DNA of 64,000 bases from the human T2T-CHM13v2.0 reference genome, Homo sapiens, in NCBI RefSeq assembly GCF_009914755.1, contig NC_060929.1. One strand, given 5' to 3'. Shown one piece after another: positions 31,652-59,285 of the stretch (its first letter is position 1; each line of letters opens with the position of its first letter). The notes beneath the pieces are model-generated. The model was not told the origin of the DNA. It did no database searches and worked only from the letters and a program-made list of their open reading frames with translations. The position numbers and the translations under genes are program-made.

Positions 31652-31967
31652 GGGCCAGGTGCAGTGGCTCATGCCTGTAATCCTAGCATTTTGGGAGGCT
31701 GAGGTGGGCAAATCACTTGTGGTCAGGAGTTCAAAACCAGCCTGGCCAACATAGTGAAACCCCGTCTCTGCTAAAAATACAAAAATTAGCTGGGTGTGGT
31801 GGCAGGCACTTGTAATCCCAGCATCCCCAGAGGTTGAGGCAGGAGAATCGCTTGAACCCCGGAGACTGAGGCTACAGTGAGCCGAGATTACTGCACTCCA
31901 GCCTGGGCGAAAGAGCGAGAATCCATCTCAAAATAAACAAACAAACAAACAAACAAACAAACAAACA
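31652..31967 (+). mobile_element. AluS with (AAAC)n tail
   Basis: Full dimer. Confidence 0.93.
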
Positions 31968-33449
31968 GAGGAAGAACAAGAAGGAACACAGAAATATGGG
32001 AGCACAGAGAAGAGCAACTAATGTGCCAAACGCTCACATAAATTTTCTTAGAATACCTAATTTTTAAAAGGCAGGGAGTTGGGGGAAGCAGATGATTAAT
32101 GCTTTTTAATTTTTTTAAGGCCTACTTGGGTTTCTTTCAAAACTTGGCTCTGTACATTAGCAAAAATATTCACAGTTGCTTTAATAGAGCTAAGATATTT
32201 TTAAGTGTTTTAACTAAAAATATGTCTGAAATTATGGCAAGATTTCCATCAAAAAAGACAGTAGAGGCTGGATGTGGTGGCTCACACCTGTAATCTCAGC
32301 ACTTTAGGAGGCTAAGGTGGGGAGATTGCTTGAGCCAAAGGAGTTGGAACTTCAGACCACAACAGCAGCTAAACATACAAAGGAGACTCAGCCACTGCTG
32401 GTAATAACACTGGAGCAGGGAGTCAGGAAGAGACACCTTGGCTTCTCCTTCTCCTACCTCCTTTTTGGCTGTTCCCAACCAGGAGCCAGTTGACAAGCGA
32501 GCTAGGAAACATAGTTTGCAGGGGTCTTTTCCCCAAGATGCAGAGCAGGGAAAGGGCAGGGAATGGGCCTGCAACGAATCTGAGAGCTAAATAATTGGCA
32601 TGCTAGCCAGCCAGTTGACCTTCCCAGAATTTTGGAAACCATCATTCAGTCACTATAACCTGTCGATTCATCCTCCCACTGTGTCTTTTCTCTATCCCAT
32701 AGCTACTAACTCAGTTCCAGCCCTTATCCTCTCTCACCCAGACAATGGAAACAGATTTATAACTTGTTTCCCCAACTCTACTCTGTCCCACTCCAAAATG
32801 CCCTCCATGTAGTGTGGACCTCCAGAATTAATTTTTAAACAGAGCTATGTCCCAATCTCTACCTACAGCGAAAATCCAGTTCCTCTGGGCCTTTTGCAGT
32901 CTGGCTCCAGCATCACTTTCCCCCAAATCTTTCTATAAATATGCTGTGTTTTAGCCACAAAAGGAGAACTCAAGACTTCCCAAACATGGCATGTTATTTC
33001 ATGCCCACATCCTTTGTTGCACGACTTGAAATTCTCCTTTTGAAATTATTTCTTCCTCCTGAAATTGTTTAAATACTAAAAGTTACCTTCTAAAGGAATA
33101 CTGATTCAGCTCCCTCAGGCAAAATGAATTATTCCTTATGCTGCATTCATTCATAGCAAGTAATTCATACTGCTAATATAGTTTACTTATCACATCACAT
33201 TTGTACTGCTAGTGTAGAGCACTCCTTTTCTGTGTGTTTTTTTGTTTGTTTTTTGAGACAGAATCTTGCTATATCACCCAGGCTGGAGTGCAGTGGCATG
33301 ATCGGCTCACTGCTGCCTTGACTTCTTGAGCTCAGATGCTTCTCCCACATCAGCCTCCTGAGTAGCTGGGACCCCAGGCATGCACCACCACACCCACACA
33401 GAGCACTCTTTATGTTACATTCTAGTTTGTTTTAAAAGTCTCAGTGATC

Positions 33450-33632
33450 TTCTCCATCAGGGACCCATGTCCTGCTTTTGTTAATAAAATTTTATTGGAA
33501 CACAGCCACACCTATTTGTTTTCATATTGTCTATGGGTGCTTTCACAGACAACAGCAGAGTGGGGTAGTTGGGACAGAAATAGCATAGTTCCCAAAGCTT
33601 AAAATACTTGGTCCACTAAGTTTGCCAACTCC
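33450..33632. mobile_element. MER58A-like hAT MITE
   Basis: aataaaattttattggaacacagccacacc...catattgtctatgg...acaacagcagagt...aagtttgccaactcc. Confidence 0.75.
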
Positions 33633-33794
33633 TCTCTTTGATGGTTCATTGAAGGGATTCCCAGATCTTAGCCCAACATCTGGCAGATAGGTGCTCTGTA
33701 AATGTTGATTGAATTATCTAGAAAGATTCAAGTATATAGGTTCAAGAATAAGAGAAAAGGCCAGAAACACAAAGGAACATTTAAAAATACTGGC

Positions 33795-37650
<3,856 letters not shown>

Positions 37651-37954
37651 TAAATTTTTTTAAAGCGAGGGGAAAAGGGGAACCTGTTTTCATTAATGTA
37701 AAGAATTATTTTTAGAGAAATGCCCATGGGTGTTTTTAAAACAGAGCACAGAAACAATTTTCTAACTCTCATAAAGAAGTTTGTTTTGGCCTAAAAAAGA
37801 ATATATTCATAAAGAAAAAGTTGGGAACTTTTCTGCTTCAGTAAGCCTAGAATATCTGGAATTCTAGAAGATATGGGCAAGCATCCTCTGCTGGACATGG
37901 CTTAAATGGGTCAAGCTGATCGTTGAACTAAAAGCATCTTAAGAGTCCCTCTAT

Positions 37955-41911
<3,957 letters not shown>

Positions 41912-42052
41912 CTAAATAGTAATAGTGATTATGTCTAAGTAGTGAGATTATAGGTGATTTTCTTCACTATTCTCAGCTGTATTTATTCAAGTATTCTGTA
42001 GAACTACTATATTACTTTTACATTAAAGAAAATTATTAGTACGTTTCTCCAC

Positions 42053-43110
<1,058 letters not shown>

Positions 43111-43202
43111 TCAGTTGAGTAAAAGAGTTCCAGGCACTAAATATGAGCTTTAGCATCAACATCATTAAGGAAGATACTCTACTGGCATAGTTTCAGCAGG
43201 CA

Positions 43203-43266
43203 GCTGGGCCCATCTCTTTCCTGGGCTTAACCAGGCTGGGTCCACCTCTTTCCTGGGCTTAACCAG
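43203..43266. repeat. 32-bp tandem duplication
   Basis: gctgggcccatctctttcctgggcttaaccag followed by gctgggtccacctctttcctgggcttaaccag (2 mismatches). Confidence 0.85.
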
Positions 43267-43852
43267 GCCCGGCCTCTGCTCATAGTATGCATCCACTTGG
43301 GATGTCCCCCATTCTGCCCCTCCAAACCCCCTCCTTCCTTCAAAGCCCAACCCAGCTCCTACCTCCTCCAGGCAGCCTATTGGGATTATTCTAGCCTATC
43401 TTATACTTAGGTGTATCCTCATTGCTTTCTGGTTTCTTGTCTCTTCATTCCAATCAGATTATAAGCATCCTGAGGGTAAAACTCTTGATTATACTTATTC
43501 ACATTCTTCACAATGCCTAGTACTGCAGTGAACATGCAGCAGACACCTAACAAATACTTGTTTGTTCTTAAAAGAGATAAAGGAGTATGACACAAGGAGC
43601 ATTTTAAAAACAAACAAAAAAGAGATAATAAAGGTGAAAATAATGTTTGCCACATTATAGGTAATCAATACATGCTTATTGTACCTGAATGGATAATTTC
43701 TCTACTCAAAATTAACAAATCATAAAAGAAATAATCAACCACTCACTGGCAGAGAAGGTAAGAGCAACAGCCCCAGGATATTGGGAACCAGATATGGAGT
43801 AAGGAAGAGCCACACCTCTCCTAGCTGTGCTGGCTGTTAAAGATTACATTTT

Positions 43853-45139
<1,287 letters not shown>

Positions 45140-45849
45140 AAAAACTTTCATGTCTTTTCAGTTAACTTTTAAACAAGCCCAGCAGGATTGAATTATGTGG
45201 TATAATTTTAGGGACATTTCTGCCCAGGTTCATGAGTTTATCCACCTGCTCTAAAACCTGAAAGACCTTGATCAGGAATCAAAGTGATATATGCTGTACT
45301 TGGAGACAAAGCTTAAAAGACACATCCTCAAAGGAAAGCAAAAACATTTATTTAAATTCATTATAAAATATTATCTTCCCAGGTGCTCTATTCAATTTCT
45401 TCATCACCATCCACACAGAGAGGACTCACAAATTTATATCTCCAGTGCAAGGCTCTGTGTCCTCAGGTTTCAAACTCGATTATACAACTCACAACTTGCC
45501 TTGTCCTCCTGGGATTCTCAAAGCCATCCAAACTTAACATGAGTTCATGCTCTCCCCACTCCCCACACTCACTGATACTCCTAACTTGGTTTCTATGGTC
45601 CCGTATCCCAGTGAGCTAGTCATCTGGTTGAACAAGCCTGAAAGGCAGAAGTCATCCATGACAGCTCTCTCTCTCCTCCATGCCCACACCATCCCTCAAT
45701 TCTGTCAGAACTCTCCAGTGTCTTCCATCTTCTCCATATCATTCAGCCAAACTTTGTCTAATTTAATAACCTCCTAACCAGTCTATCTAGAGCCCTTCTA
45801 ACCCCAGCCACACCTATATAACATATTAGAGCAAAAGCTCATGTTTTTC

Positions 45850-45950
45850 AAAGGTTAGTCAAGTGAAGCAGTGGGAGTGGAGAAGGAACAAAGAAATCTG
45901 TAACTGGTTGTGATCAATTAGTTGTAAACACCACTGCACTCAGACCAGCT
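45850..45950 (-). pseudogene. RNY3P1: Y3 RNA (RNY3) pseudogene, full length, probably RNY3P1
   Basis: Minus strand AGCTGGTCTGAGTGCAGTGGTGTTTACAACTAATTGATCACAACCAGTTACAGATTTCTTTGTTCCTTCTCCACTCCCACTGCTTCACTTGACTAACCTTT matches the recalled hY3 with about 3 substitutions. The symbol rests on recalled map position downstream of BHMT. Confidence 0.92.
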
Positions 45951-45959
45951 GCAAAATTT

Positions 45960-46473
<514 letters not shown>

Positions 46474-48269
46474 TAGTGCTCATCAAGTTGGAATCTGACA
46501 CATATATATGTGTTATTATATCATCTCCCTCACTAGTCTAAGCCATAAAGTCATGGATCATGTGCAGTTTTTTTTCTCCCCACTGCATCCAAACACCTAG
46601 CATAGTGTCTGGTACATAGAAGTGGTCAAAAAATATTTACTGAGTAAATAAATGCATAAGTTAAAATATAAATAACCAACATAAAATCCTTTTCCAAGAA
46701 TAAGTTTTTATGACAGATATCAACCAGCAGAAAAATAAAACATTTTCTAGAATGAAAGAACATATGAAAAATGCCTGGCAGATAATAGGTTCACAATTTT
46801 GTAAAAATTCATCTGCTTTATGATTTTCATAGAGCCAATATCTGCAACCTGCCTTTCTATGTATTTATGGAGAGCAGGACCAAAGCAACGTAATTTGCTG
46901 CTAGGATGCCAGTACTAAAGTGTTTCTTTTTGTCTGTTCCTGCTTCCTGAACATATTTTGCTTTGTGTAAATTTACTATGACCACACAAAACATATCAGA
47001 CAAAATGAAAGACAGAGTTGCAAGAATTTCCAACTTGTTAGTTGGGTAGGATGCCTTGGAAAACAAAGTACAGGGCTTCCCACTATATATAACCAACTGT
47101 CTAGTCTTAAGGTGAAGATAAATAATATGTTCTAGGAGCTGGGCATGATGGCTCATATTTGTGATCCTAGGACTTTGGGAGGCCAAGGCAGGAGGATCGC
47201 TTTAGCCCAGGAGTTTGAGACCAGCCTGGGCAACATAGAGAGACTCAGTCTCTTAAAAAAAAAAAAAAGAATATCTTCTAGAAAAGGAATTATCTTTAAA
47301 TACTGTACAGATAATTCAGGATTTCAAGTTTAGTTTCCACAGTGTGTGAGTGAGACACTCAAAGGGATAGAAGATGAAATGTTTAATCTGCGTGAGTTCG
47401 CTTAAGGACACATCCCAATAAGGAAAAGCTGTGGGGCGTATGATTGTTTTATAAAACAGTGCGAAGAGAATTGTTTGGCACTGTTTGCACATGACAGGCT
47501 CACAATTCATTTCTTTAAATATGAAGCCCCAAATCAACCCATCTAAAATTATGTTTCCTACCAAGATTGCTTAGTTACTACACATAGGAATGTGCATAGG
47601 CCTGGAGGCAGCACTCTCAGCTCTTCTGAGATAATCAGTTGCTCTTTTATTTACAAGAATCCTGGTCAAGACACTCCATTCCTGTCCCATTTCTCTGCCA
47701 CTAATTGACTCTGTGGCTGTAACAGGGTCTCAGTTCTTCATGTGTAAATCAAGGAGATTGGATTTTTTTAAGTCCTTAAAGTTCCCTCCAGCTCCCAGTC
47801 CTTTGATTCAGGCCTGAATTCTAGCCAGTAGAGTATCAAGCCACCTACACGGTTTGTCGAGTTGCACGAGCATTTAATGAAGAGTTTCCCTACTCTTTGG
47901 AAGAGTCTGTTCATAGGAGAAATTTATGCCACCTTAATAAAATGAGCAGAGGAGAAACCTGTTATTTCCTCATAGGTGCATAAGCAGCCCCGAAATGGGA
48001 GCTGACTAGAGGGGTGGGCTGGGAGACAGGAGTCTGCAGGGTCAGGCTGCCATGAGGTTGATAGGGAAGTTTTGCCCCACTGGCCAGATTTCTCTTCACT
48101 ATTGCTGCATGCAGGCTGCTGAGCTCACTGGTGTCACATTCCTCAGCCTTGATCCTCAGGACTCAACCAAAGAATATCAAGATTTCCACAGCACACTTGT
48201 CTTTTTTCTTTTAATGGAATGAATGATGCCATACATTTGTCATGTTTATAGAGCAGCCTTCCCTGCATT

Positions 48270-48272
<3 letters not shown>

Positions 48273-48323
<51 letters not shown>

Positions 48324-48396
48324 TAGATATAGATATATCCCACTGGAGGCTTTTTATAAAAAAAACAAAACAAAAAACCCACAGATATATCTATTT

Positions 48397-48434
<38 letters not shown>

Positions 48435-48450
48435 TAGATATATAGATATA
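48273..48450. repeat. Compound STR: (AC)22, (ATATAG)n, (TAGA)9
   Basis: AC run 48273-48316 and TAGA run 48397-48432. Confidence 0.95.
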
Positions 48451-49075
48451 TTCTTCCAAGTAACACTCTGGCAGGATTATCCCACAACAGAAAGTGTCAA
48501 AGGCAAAGAGAAATGCCTATACAAGAAGAACTTTTTAAAATAGAAAGCATAGATTCAAACTGCCTCAATCACTGTGGGCTTCCTTCCCTGGCAGAGGAGA
48601 GACACTTCCTTCATTCCTTTCCAAATAAAGCACCTTGGCTCTATTCAAGGCTTTACTATGGGCAGGAAGACCAATGGCAACTTCTTGATCTATAGGAAAG
48701 TTTTATTTGTTCGACTGACCTACCAGAAAAATATTCTAAATTGAATTACTTTGCCATGTTTTATAGATGATACATAAATTGCCTTGCCCAGGATACTTTT
48801 TAAAAAAAAGTTACACAAAACAGAGCATGTCAAAATAATTTTCAAATATAATACCTATAAGATGGCTAAAATGTAGCAAAGTATAATTTGCCTAAGATTG
48901 TAATATTATAAATTGAGACATGTACTTGGCTATAATCTACATTTGTCATTTCTTGGACAAACTTTTGGTTAACTCTCTTCTAAATTACGTTTGCCTATGT
49001 GTCTTGAATTAAAAAATGGCTTTAATCGTAAATAAACATGAGAAAAAAGTATTTTTCTATTTCGAAAGCCCACAA

Positions 49076-50951
<1,876 letters not shown>

Positions 50952-52039
50952 TTAGACCAAAGACAAAAACATAGCCAAGAAGAAACTGTTTTCTAGCACC
51001 TACTCTGAGTCAGTCTGGTACATTTGATCTAGATTCCATCATCAACATTTTTGTAACAGAATTAGCTGTGCCCTTTAAATCACCCCTCTTGGAGAAATGA
51101 CATAAAGTTGATGGTAAAATTGTGCATTATCCTGAAGGACTGCTCAAGATGTAATGGTAAAGACAAATAATTGCCTAGACTAAAATCCAAAGGGAAGACA
51201 AATTATGGGATCAAGAGGAGCTTCCCATGACTTGAGCAAAACTATTACTTCCATCAAGGGAGCAATTCCCCTTCCCAGCAGGAAACTCACCGAAATTTCC
51301 CTGAGTCACTTGCGAACAATGTTGTTATAAATGTGACATGAACTCTCATCCACAATCATAATCCCATAATTTTTAATGTTAATTTTAAGCCCCCCATGAT
51401 TATTTCATGGGCCTACAAGTTATCTGGATAAAGACGACAGACTCCAAATGATATTCAGCCAAGTGACAGTAATCCTGAAGAACCCTGCCTGGGACGGCTG
51501 ACCACCACTGCATAGTTACTTACATGTTTACATGTCAGTTTCCCCAGAACCTATCATTATAATGTTCAGGTGTTGTAACACATCAAATATTACAACAGGA
51601 GAGACTGCCAAAGACTTAACGCATGCTACAAAGACACAATCTCCTTGGCAAATGATTCAGACAATTAAAATGACAATAACATCAACAAAGTTGGTAAACC
51701 AAACCTAGTGTTAAAAAAAAAAAAATGAAGCTTTACTGTATGGAAAAAGAAAAGATTCTGGCCTAGAATCACAGAACTCTATACAAAGTTGGAAAGTGCC
51801 TTAGAGGTCATCCAGTTCAGCTACCCACTTGATGAAGAAATCTATTCTACAAAGTTCTTGACAAGTGGTTATTCAGCCTCTCCTTGTTTATATCCAGCAT
51901 CCCAATGCAAACTACCGCCACTGAGCCAAAATTTACTTTGCTGAAACTTGCACTCATTGACTCTGTTTTGTAGAGCTTTTAAATCAATTCTGCCACTCCC
52001 TTTACTAGTTTAGTTGGGTTTTTAAAAAATACATTATAA

Positions 52040-52800
<761 letters not shown>

Positions 52801-53587
52801 AAAGTGTTTGCTATTTATTGTGCATTTGCTATTTTATTTAGCTTTGCACATTAGTCTATTTTCTTTTTTTTTTCTTCTTTTTTTTCAGACAGGGTCTCAC
52901 TATATTGCCCAGGCCGGTCTTAAACTCCTGAGCTCAAGTGATCCTCCGGCTTCAAAGCCTCCCAGTAGCTGAGATTACAGGCACAGGCCACCAGGCCTGG
53001 CTTTAGTCTATTTTTAAACAGATTCAATTCCAGGAACTCTTTCCAGTGTTTGTCCTCCCGTGAAACAAAACAATCTCGCATTAATCTAGAGATGGTACAG
53101 GTATGTTTGGAAAACAATATTGCAAAATATATCAACAATCATAAAATTGTTCAAAGCATTTTTTTTGAGACTGAGTCTTGCTGTGTTGCCTAGGCTTGAC
53201 TGGACTGCAACAGCTGTTCACAGGCACAATCATTGCACACTACAGCCTCGAGCTCTTGGGCTCAAGCAATCGTCCTGCCTCAGTCGCCCAAGTAGCTGGG
53301 ACTGCAGTCACACACATCTCCATATCCCACTCTCAAAGTCTTAGATTCAACAATATTTCTTATGAAAAGCTATCCTCCAGAAATAATTTAACAAAATGAG
53401 TAAGCTACATATTCCCAAATTTTTCTTATAGCATTACCAGCTGAATTTCCCCAAACTATATTAGAGATAAATATTAGGGGTATAGTGACGTAAATTATAA
53501 TAAACATAAAAAGAAATTATATAGTTAATTAATCATTATGATACATAAAATCACGGAAAGAAATTTATGATATAATATTAAATAAAA

Positions 53588-54222
53588 GGCCAGGCACAAT
53601 GGCTCACATATGTAATCCCAGCATTTTGGGAGGCCAAGGCAGGAGGACTGCTTGAGGCCAGAAGTTCAAGACCTGGGCAACACAGCGAGACCCTATCTCT
53701 ACCAAAAAAAGCACAAAAATAAGCTGAGTGTGGTACCCCACACCTGTAGTCCTAGCTACTTGAGAGAATGAGGCAGGAGGATCACTTGAGCCCAAAAGTT
53801 TGAGGCAGCAGTGAGCTGTGGTGGCACTACTGTACTCCAGCCTGGGCAACAGAGCAAGACACTGTCTCTAAAAAAAAAAAAAAAAATTAAAATTAAAGTT
53901 AAAATTTAAAAATATATATATAAGGCCAGGCACGGTGGCTCAAGCCTATAATCCCAGCACTTTGGGAGGCTGAGGTGGGCGGATCATGAGGTCAGGAGTT
54001 TGAGACCAGCCTGGCCAACATGGTGAAACCCCATCTCTGCTAAAAATACTAAAAAATTAGCCAGGTGTGTTGGCGTGCACCTGTAATCCCAGCTACTTAG
54101 GAGGCTGAGGCAGGAGAATCGCTTGAAAGCCGGCAGGTGGAGGTTGCAGTGAGCCGAGATCATGCCACTGCACTCCAGCCTGGGCAACAGAGCAAGACTC
54201 TGTCTCAAAAAAAAAAAAAAAA
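53588..54222 (+). mobile_element. Two tandem Alus (AluJ 53588-53886, AluS 53924-54222)
   Basis: Dimers with poly(A). Confidence 0.92.
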
Positions 54223-54223
54223 T

Positions 54224-54224
54224 G

Positions 54225-54264
<40 letters not shown>

Positions 54265-54990
54265 ATATAATATATATTACATATATTATATATTATATAA
54301 TATATCACATATATTATATAATATATCACATATATATCACATATATTATATAATATATCACATATATATCACATATATTATATATCACATATATATCACA
54401 TATATTATATAATATATCACATATATTATATATTACATATATTATATATCACATATATATTATATATTACATATATTATATATTATATTACATATATTAT
54501 ATATTATATTAAATATATTGTATATTATATATAATATATTAAATATATTGTATATTATATATAATATATACACCATATATTATATATTATATATAATATA
54601 TGGTGTATATATACTATATACATTATATATACACTATATACACTATATATTATATATAATATACTATATATAATATAGTATTATAGTATATAATACTATA
54701 TATAATATGTATTATAGTATTATATAATATATATACTATATATAATATAGTATATTTATTATATAATACTATATATTATATATAGTATTATATTATATAA
54801 TACTATATATTATATATAGTATTATATTATATAATATATATTATATATAGTATATATATTAGTATATATACTAAGTATATATACTAGTATATATACTAAG
54901 TATATATACTAGTATATATACTAAGTATATATACTAGTATATATACTAAGTATATATACTATATATTATATATATAAAAACATACATATA
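54224..54990. repeat. (CA)n followed by a ~0.7-kb AT-rich compound array with palindromes
   Basis: TATATCACA, TATATTA and TATACTA blocks; perfect 23-bp-arm inverted repeat 54564-54612; 4 x 25-bp unit 54861-54960. Confidence 0.95.
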
Positions 54991-55241
54991 GGCTGGTGCA
55001 GTGGCTCACTTGGACAAGTTTTATATATATGTATGTTTATTGTATATATGTGTATATATGTGTATATTATTTTATATACATTTATATATTTATATTCATA
55101 TATAATAATTATATATATATATAATAGGAGGTTGAAACTGCAGGGAACCGTGATCATGCCACTGCACTCCTGTCTGGGCAACAGAGTGAGACACTGTCTC
55201 AAAAAAATAAATAAATAAATAAATATTTAAAAAGAACCCAG

Positions 55242-56012
<771 letters not shown>

Positions 56013-56036
56013 AAAAAGAAGAAAAGAAAAGAAAGG

Positions 56037-56862
56037 AAGGGAAGGGAAGGGAAGGGAAGGGAAGGGAAGGGAAGGGAAGGGAAGGGAAGGGAAGGGAAGG
56101 GAAGGGAAGGGAAGGGAAGGGAAGGGAAGGGAAGGGAAGGGAAGGGAAGGGAAGGGAAGGGAAGGGAAGGGAAGGGAAGGGAAGGGAAGGGAAGGGAAGG
56201 GAAGGGAAGGGAAGGGAAGGGAAGGGAAGGGAAGGGAAGGGAAGGGAAGGGAAGGGAAGGGAAGGGAAGGGAAGGGAAGGGAAGGGAAGGGAAGGGAAGG
56301 GAAGGGAAGGGAAGGGAAGGGAAGGGAAGGGAAGGGAAGGGAAGGGAAGGGAAGGGAAGGGAAGGGAAGGGAAGGGAAGGGAAGGGAAGGGAAGGGAAGG
56401 GAAGGGAAGGGAAGGGAAGGGAAGGGAAGGGAAGGGAAGGGAAGGGAAGGGAAGGGAAGGGAAGGGAAGGGAAGGGAAGGGAAGGGAAGGGAAGGGAAGG
56501 GAAGGGAAGGGAAGGGAAGGGAAGGGAAGGGAAGGGAAGGGAAGGGAAGGGAAGGGAAGGGAAGGGAAGGGAAGGGAAGGGAAGGGAAGGGAAGGGAAGG
56601 GAAGGGAAGGGAAGGGAAGGGAAGGGAAGGGAAGGGAAGGGAAGGGAAGGGAAGGGAAGGGAAAGGGAAGGGAAGGGAAGGGAAGGGAAGGGAAGGGAAG
56701 GGAAGGGAAGGGAAGGGAAGGGAAGGGAAGGGAAGGGAAGGGAAGGGAAGGGAAGGGAAGGGAAGGGAAGGGAAGGGAAGGGAAGGGAAGGGAAGGGAAG
56801 GGAAGGGAAGGGAAGGGAAGGGAAGGGAAGGGAAGGGAAGGGAAGGGAAGGGAAGGGAAGGG
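56037..56862 (+). repeat. (AAGGG)125-A-(AAGGG)40 pentanucleotide tract, 826 bp
   Basis: Counted from coordinates: pure 56037-56661, one extra A at 56662, pure 56663-56862. Preceded by AAAAG x2 and AAAGG x1. Confidence 0.98.
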
Positions 56863-57130
56863 AAAGCCGACTACCACATGTTCTCATTTATAAGTGGGAG
56901 CTAAATGATGACAAATCGTGAAAACAAAGAAGTCAGCAACAGACACTGGGGCTTCCTTAAGGATGGAGGGTGGGAGCCAGGAGGGGGGCAGAAAAAATAA
57001 CTATTGGTTAGTAAGTTTAATACCTGCGTGGTGAAATAATCTGTACAACAAACCCTCGTGACACAAGTTTACCTATATAACAAACCTACACATGTACCCC
57101 TAAACCTAAAATAAATTAAAAAAATAAAAC
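56863..57130 (+). mobile_element. L1P(A/B)-class 3'-end fragment
   Basis: accacatgttctcatttataagtgggagctaaatgatg...aataatctgtacaacaaaccc...acaaacctacacatgtacccctaaacctaaaataaa. Confidence 0.9.
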
Positions 57131-58971
57131 CACTTAAAAAAGTCACAATCCCCAGGAAAACAAAAAGCTACACATCTGGAGAATCTAGTACCCCAAGATT
57201 AATTATACAATGTGGTAGAAAGTGGTGCTAAGAACTATTAAGCTGATTTTAATAAAAAGGGCAAATATCTCTGATTCCATTTTTTCCAATAAATTCCTAT
57301 AAGCAGGTGAAAGAACACAGTACACTTAGTTTCCTTGTGTTAAGAAAGAGCTTCCTTTTTTTTCTTTTTAGAATCTTTGAGCCACTACTGTGATTAAAAT
57401 AGCACTGTATACTGTTTTGTTTTTGTCGTTCAAGAGAAATGTAAATAATGCATTATCAAAGTATCTAAATATCTGAAACAACTGTTGATATGCTGACAGA
57501 TTATGTGGATGAAAATAAGCCAGTCTAAATGTAAATAAATTAATAAAATATGTAAGAACAATTAAAACTGGCCTTTAATGTTGAGATATTGTTTGAGAAA
57601 TAAGAATATGAGATTACATATATATATAGTAGTCTCTGCTTGACTCATAAAATTAGAGAACCCTACAGCTCTCCAAGCCCAGATATCTGTGGGCTCTCTG
57701 CTGTCCACAGTACAAAGAATCTGGCATGTACATTATGCAAGAGTGGAAACCAAGCCCAAACAGATCAGGGAAATAGTACTGTTTAAATTGTCATGCCAGC
57801 AATAGGACAACTGAAAATGACACCCCCACAGCATTGTTTTCTCTGCACAGTGAATTTCACAAGTGCTCTCTCATAGAGGGAGACATATATGCCTGCAGCT
57901 TCCTCCTCCTCTGGGCCTCTCTCTGAGTGTAATAAAGGAAAGAAGAGAGAGAAGCAGATCTGTTAGGTCTCCATGAGGCAGGCTTGTCAGATATCCATGA
58001 TACCAGGCCAGCGGGTACTGTGGCAAAATCACACTGTGGGCCAACAAGGGAGATAACTAACCAATTGCCTTCTAAGGCAGTCTGCCTTGCAAATGGTCTT
58101 GAAGTTGTGAACAGAAGCCCTAGGGAGTTGCAATGGCCAAGTCCTGGCTTTAGATTAGCTAGCTGAGGAAGAAGGAGCCCTGAAGTGTTAATGACAATCT
58201 ACTCCACCCACTCACCAGCTACTGGCCCTCCTCAGCCTCTCTTTCCTCTCTGTTTCTTTCTCTCACAGTCTTGACCATGGATTTCTACCTTTGCACTTTC
58301 CTTTTCTAAGTTTTCTTTAGAAACCAAAATGGGGAGGGTGAAAAAGATGATCTTAGGCAGAGATGAAAAAGTTAGTTTAGTGGCAGAAAAGAACAATAAA
58401 CTAAAGGAAATGGAATAATTGAGAAAGAGCCAAATAAAGAGAATAGCCATTATGGACTGAATTGTGGTTCCTTAACAACTCAAAATCAGGTGCTCTTATA
58501 GAGAAAAGAAATGCCTCCTTTTGGCAGAAAAATCAGTAACTCACTATTGCACTGTTTATTGCACAATTTATCATCAGTGGAACTTATGAGTTAACACAGG
58601 ACATTTGGCACTTTAGGTCCTGTTAGTCCAGAATCCCAGCATGTTGGACTATGGAAATATTTTTACTAGAGTCACAAAGGGTTAAGCATGGAATTAAAAA
58701 GAAAAGGGAAGAGAGCCAAGTACAGTGGCTCACATCTGTAATTCCAGCTATTCAGAAGGGTCCCTTGAGCTCAGGAGTTCAAACCCAGCCTGGGCAACAC
58801 AGTGAGACCCTGTCTCTAAAAAATAAAGGGAAGGGAAGACATATGGAATGAAAACAGCATTGCTGAAATTCATTTTTATTAAATAACCCAACATTTTTAA
58901 ATGGGGATATGACAATAAAATATTCTGGCTGAGAGGGGCTAAGGAGTGCTGTGTTAAAAACAGTGACTTCT

Positions 58972-59285
58972 GGCCGGGCACGGTGGCTCACGCCTGTAAT
59001 CCCAGCACTTTGGGAGGCCGGGGCAGATGGATTACCTGAGGTCAGGAGTTCGAGACCAGCCTGGCCAACATGGTGAAATCCTGTCTCTACTAAAAATACA
59101 AAAATTAGTCAGGTGTGGTGGCACATGCCTGTAGTCCCAGCTACTCAGGAGGCTGAAGCAGGAGAACTGCTTGAACCCAGGAGGTGGAGGTTGCAGGGAA
59201 CTGAGACTGTGTCACTGCATTCCAGCCTGGGGCAACAGAGTAAGACTCTGTCTCAAAAACAACCAACCAACCAACAACAAAAAAA
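58972..59285 (+). mobile_element. AluS
   Basis: Dimer; TSD aaaaacagt(g/a)acttc. Confidence 0.93.
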
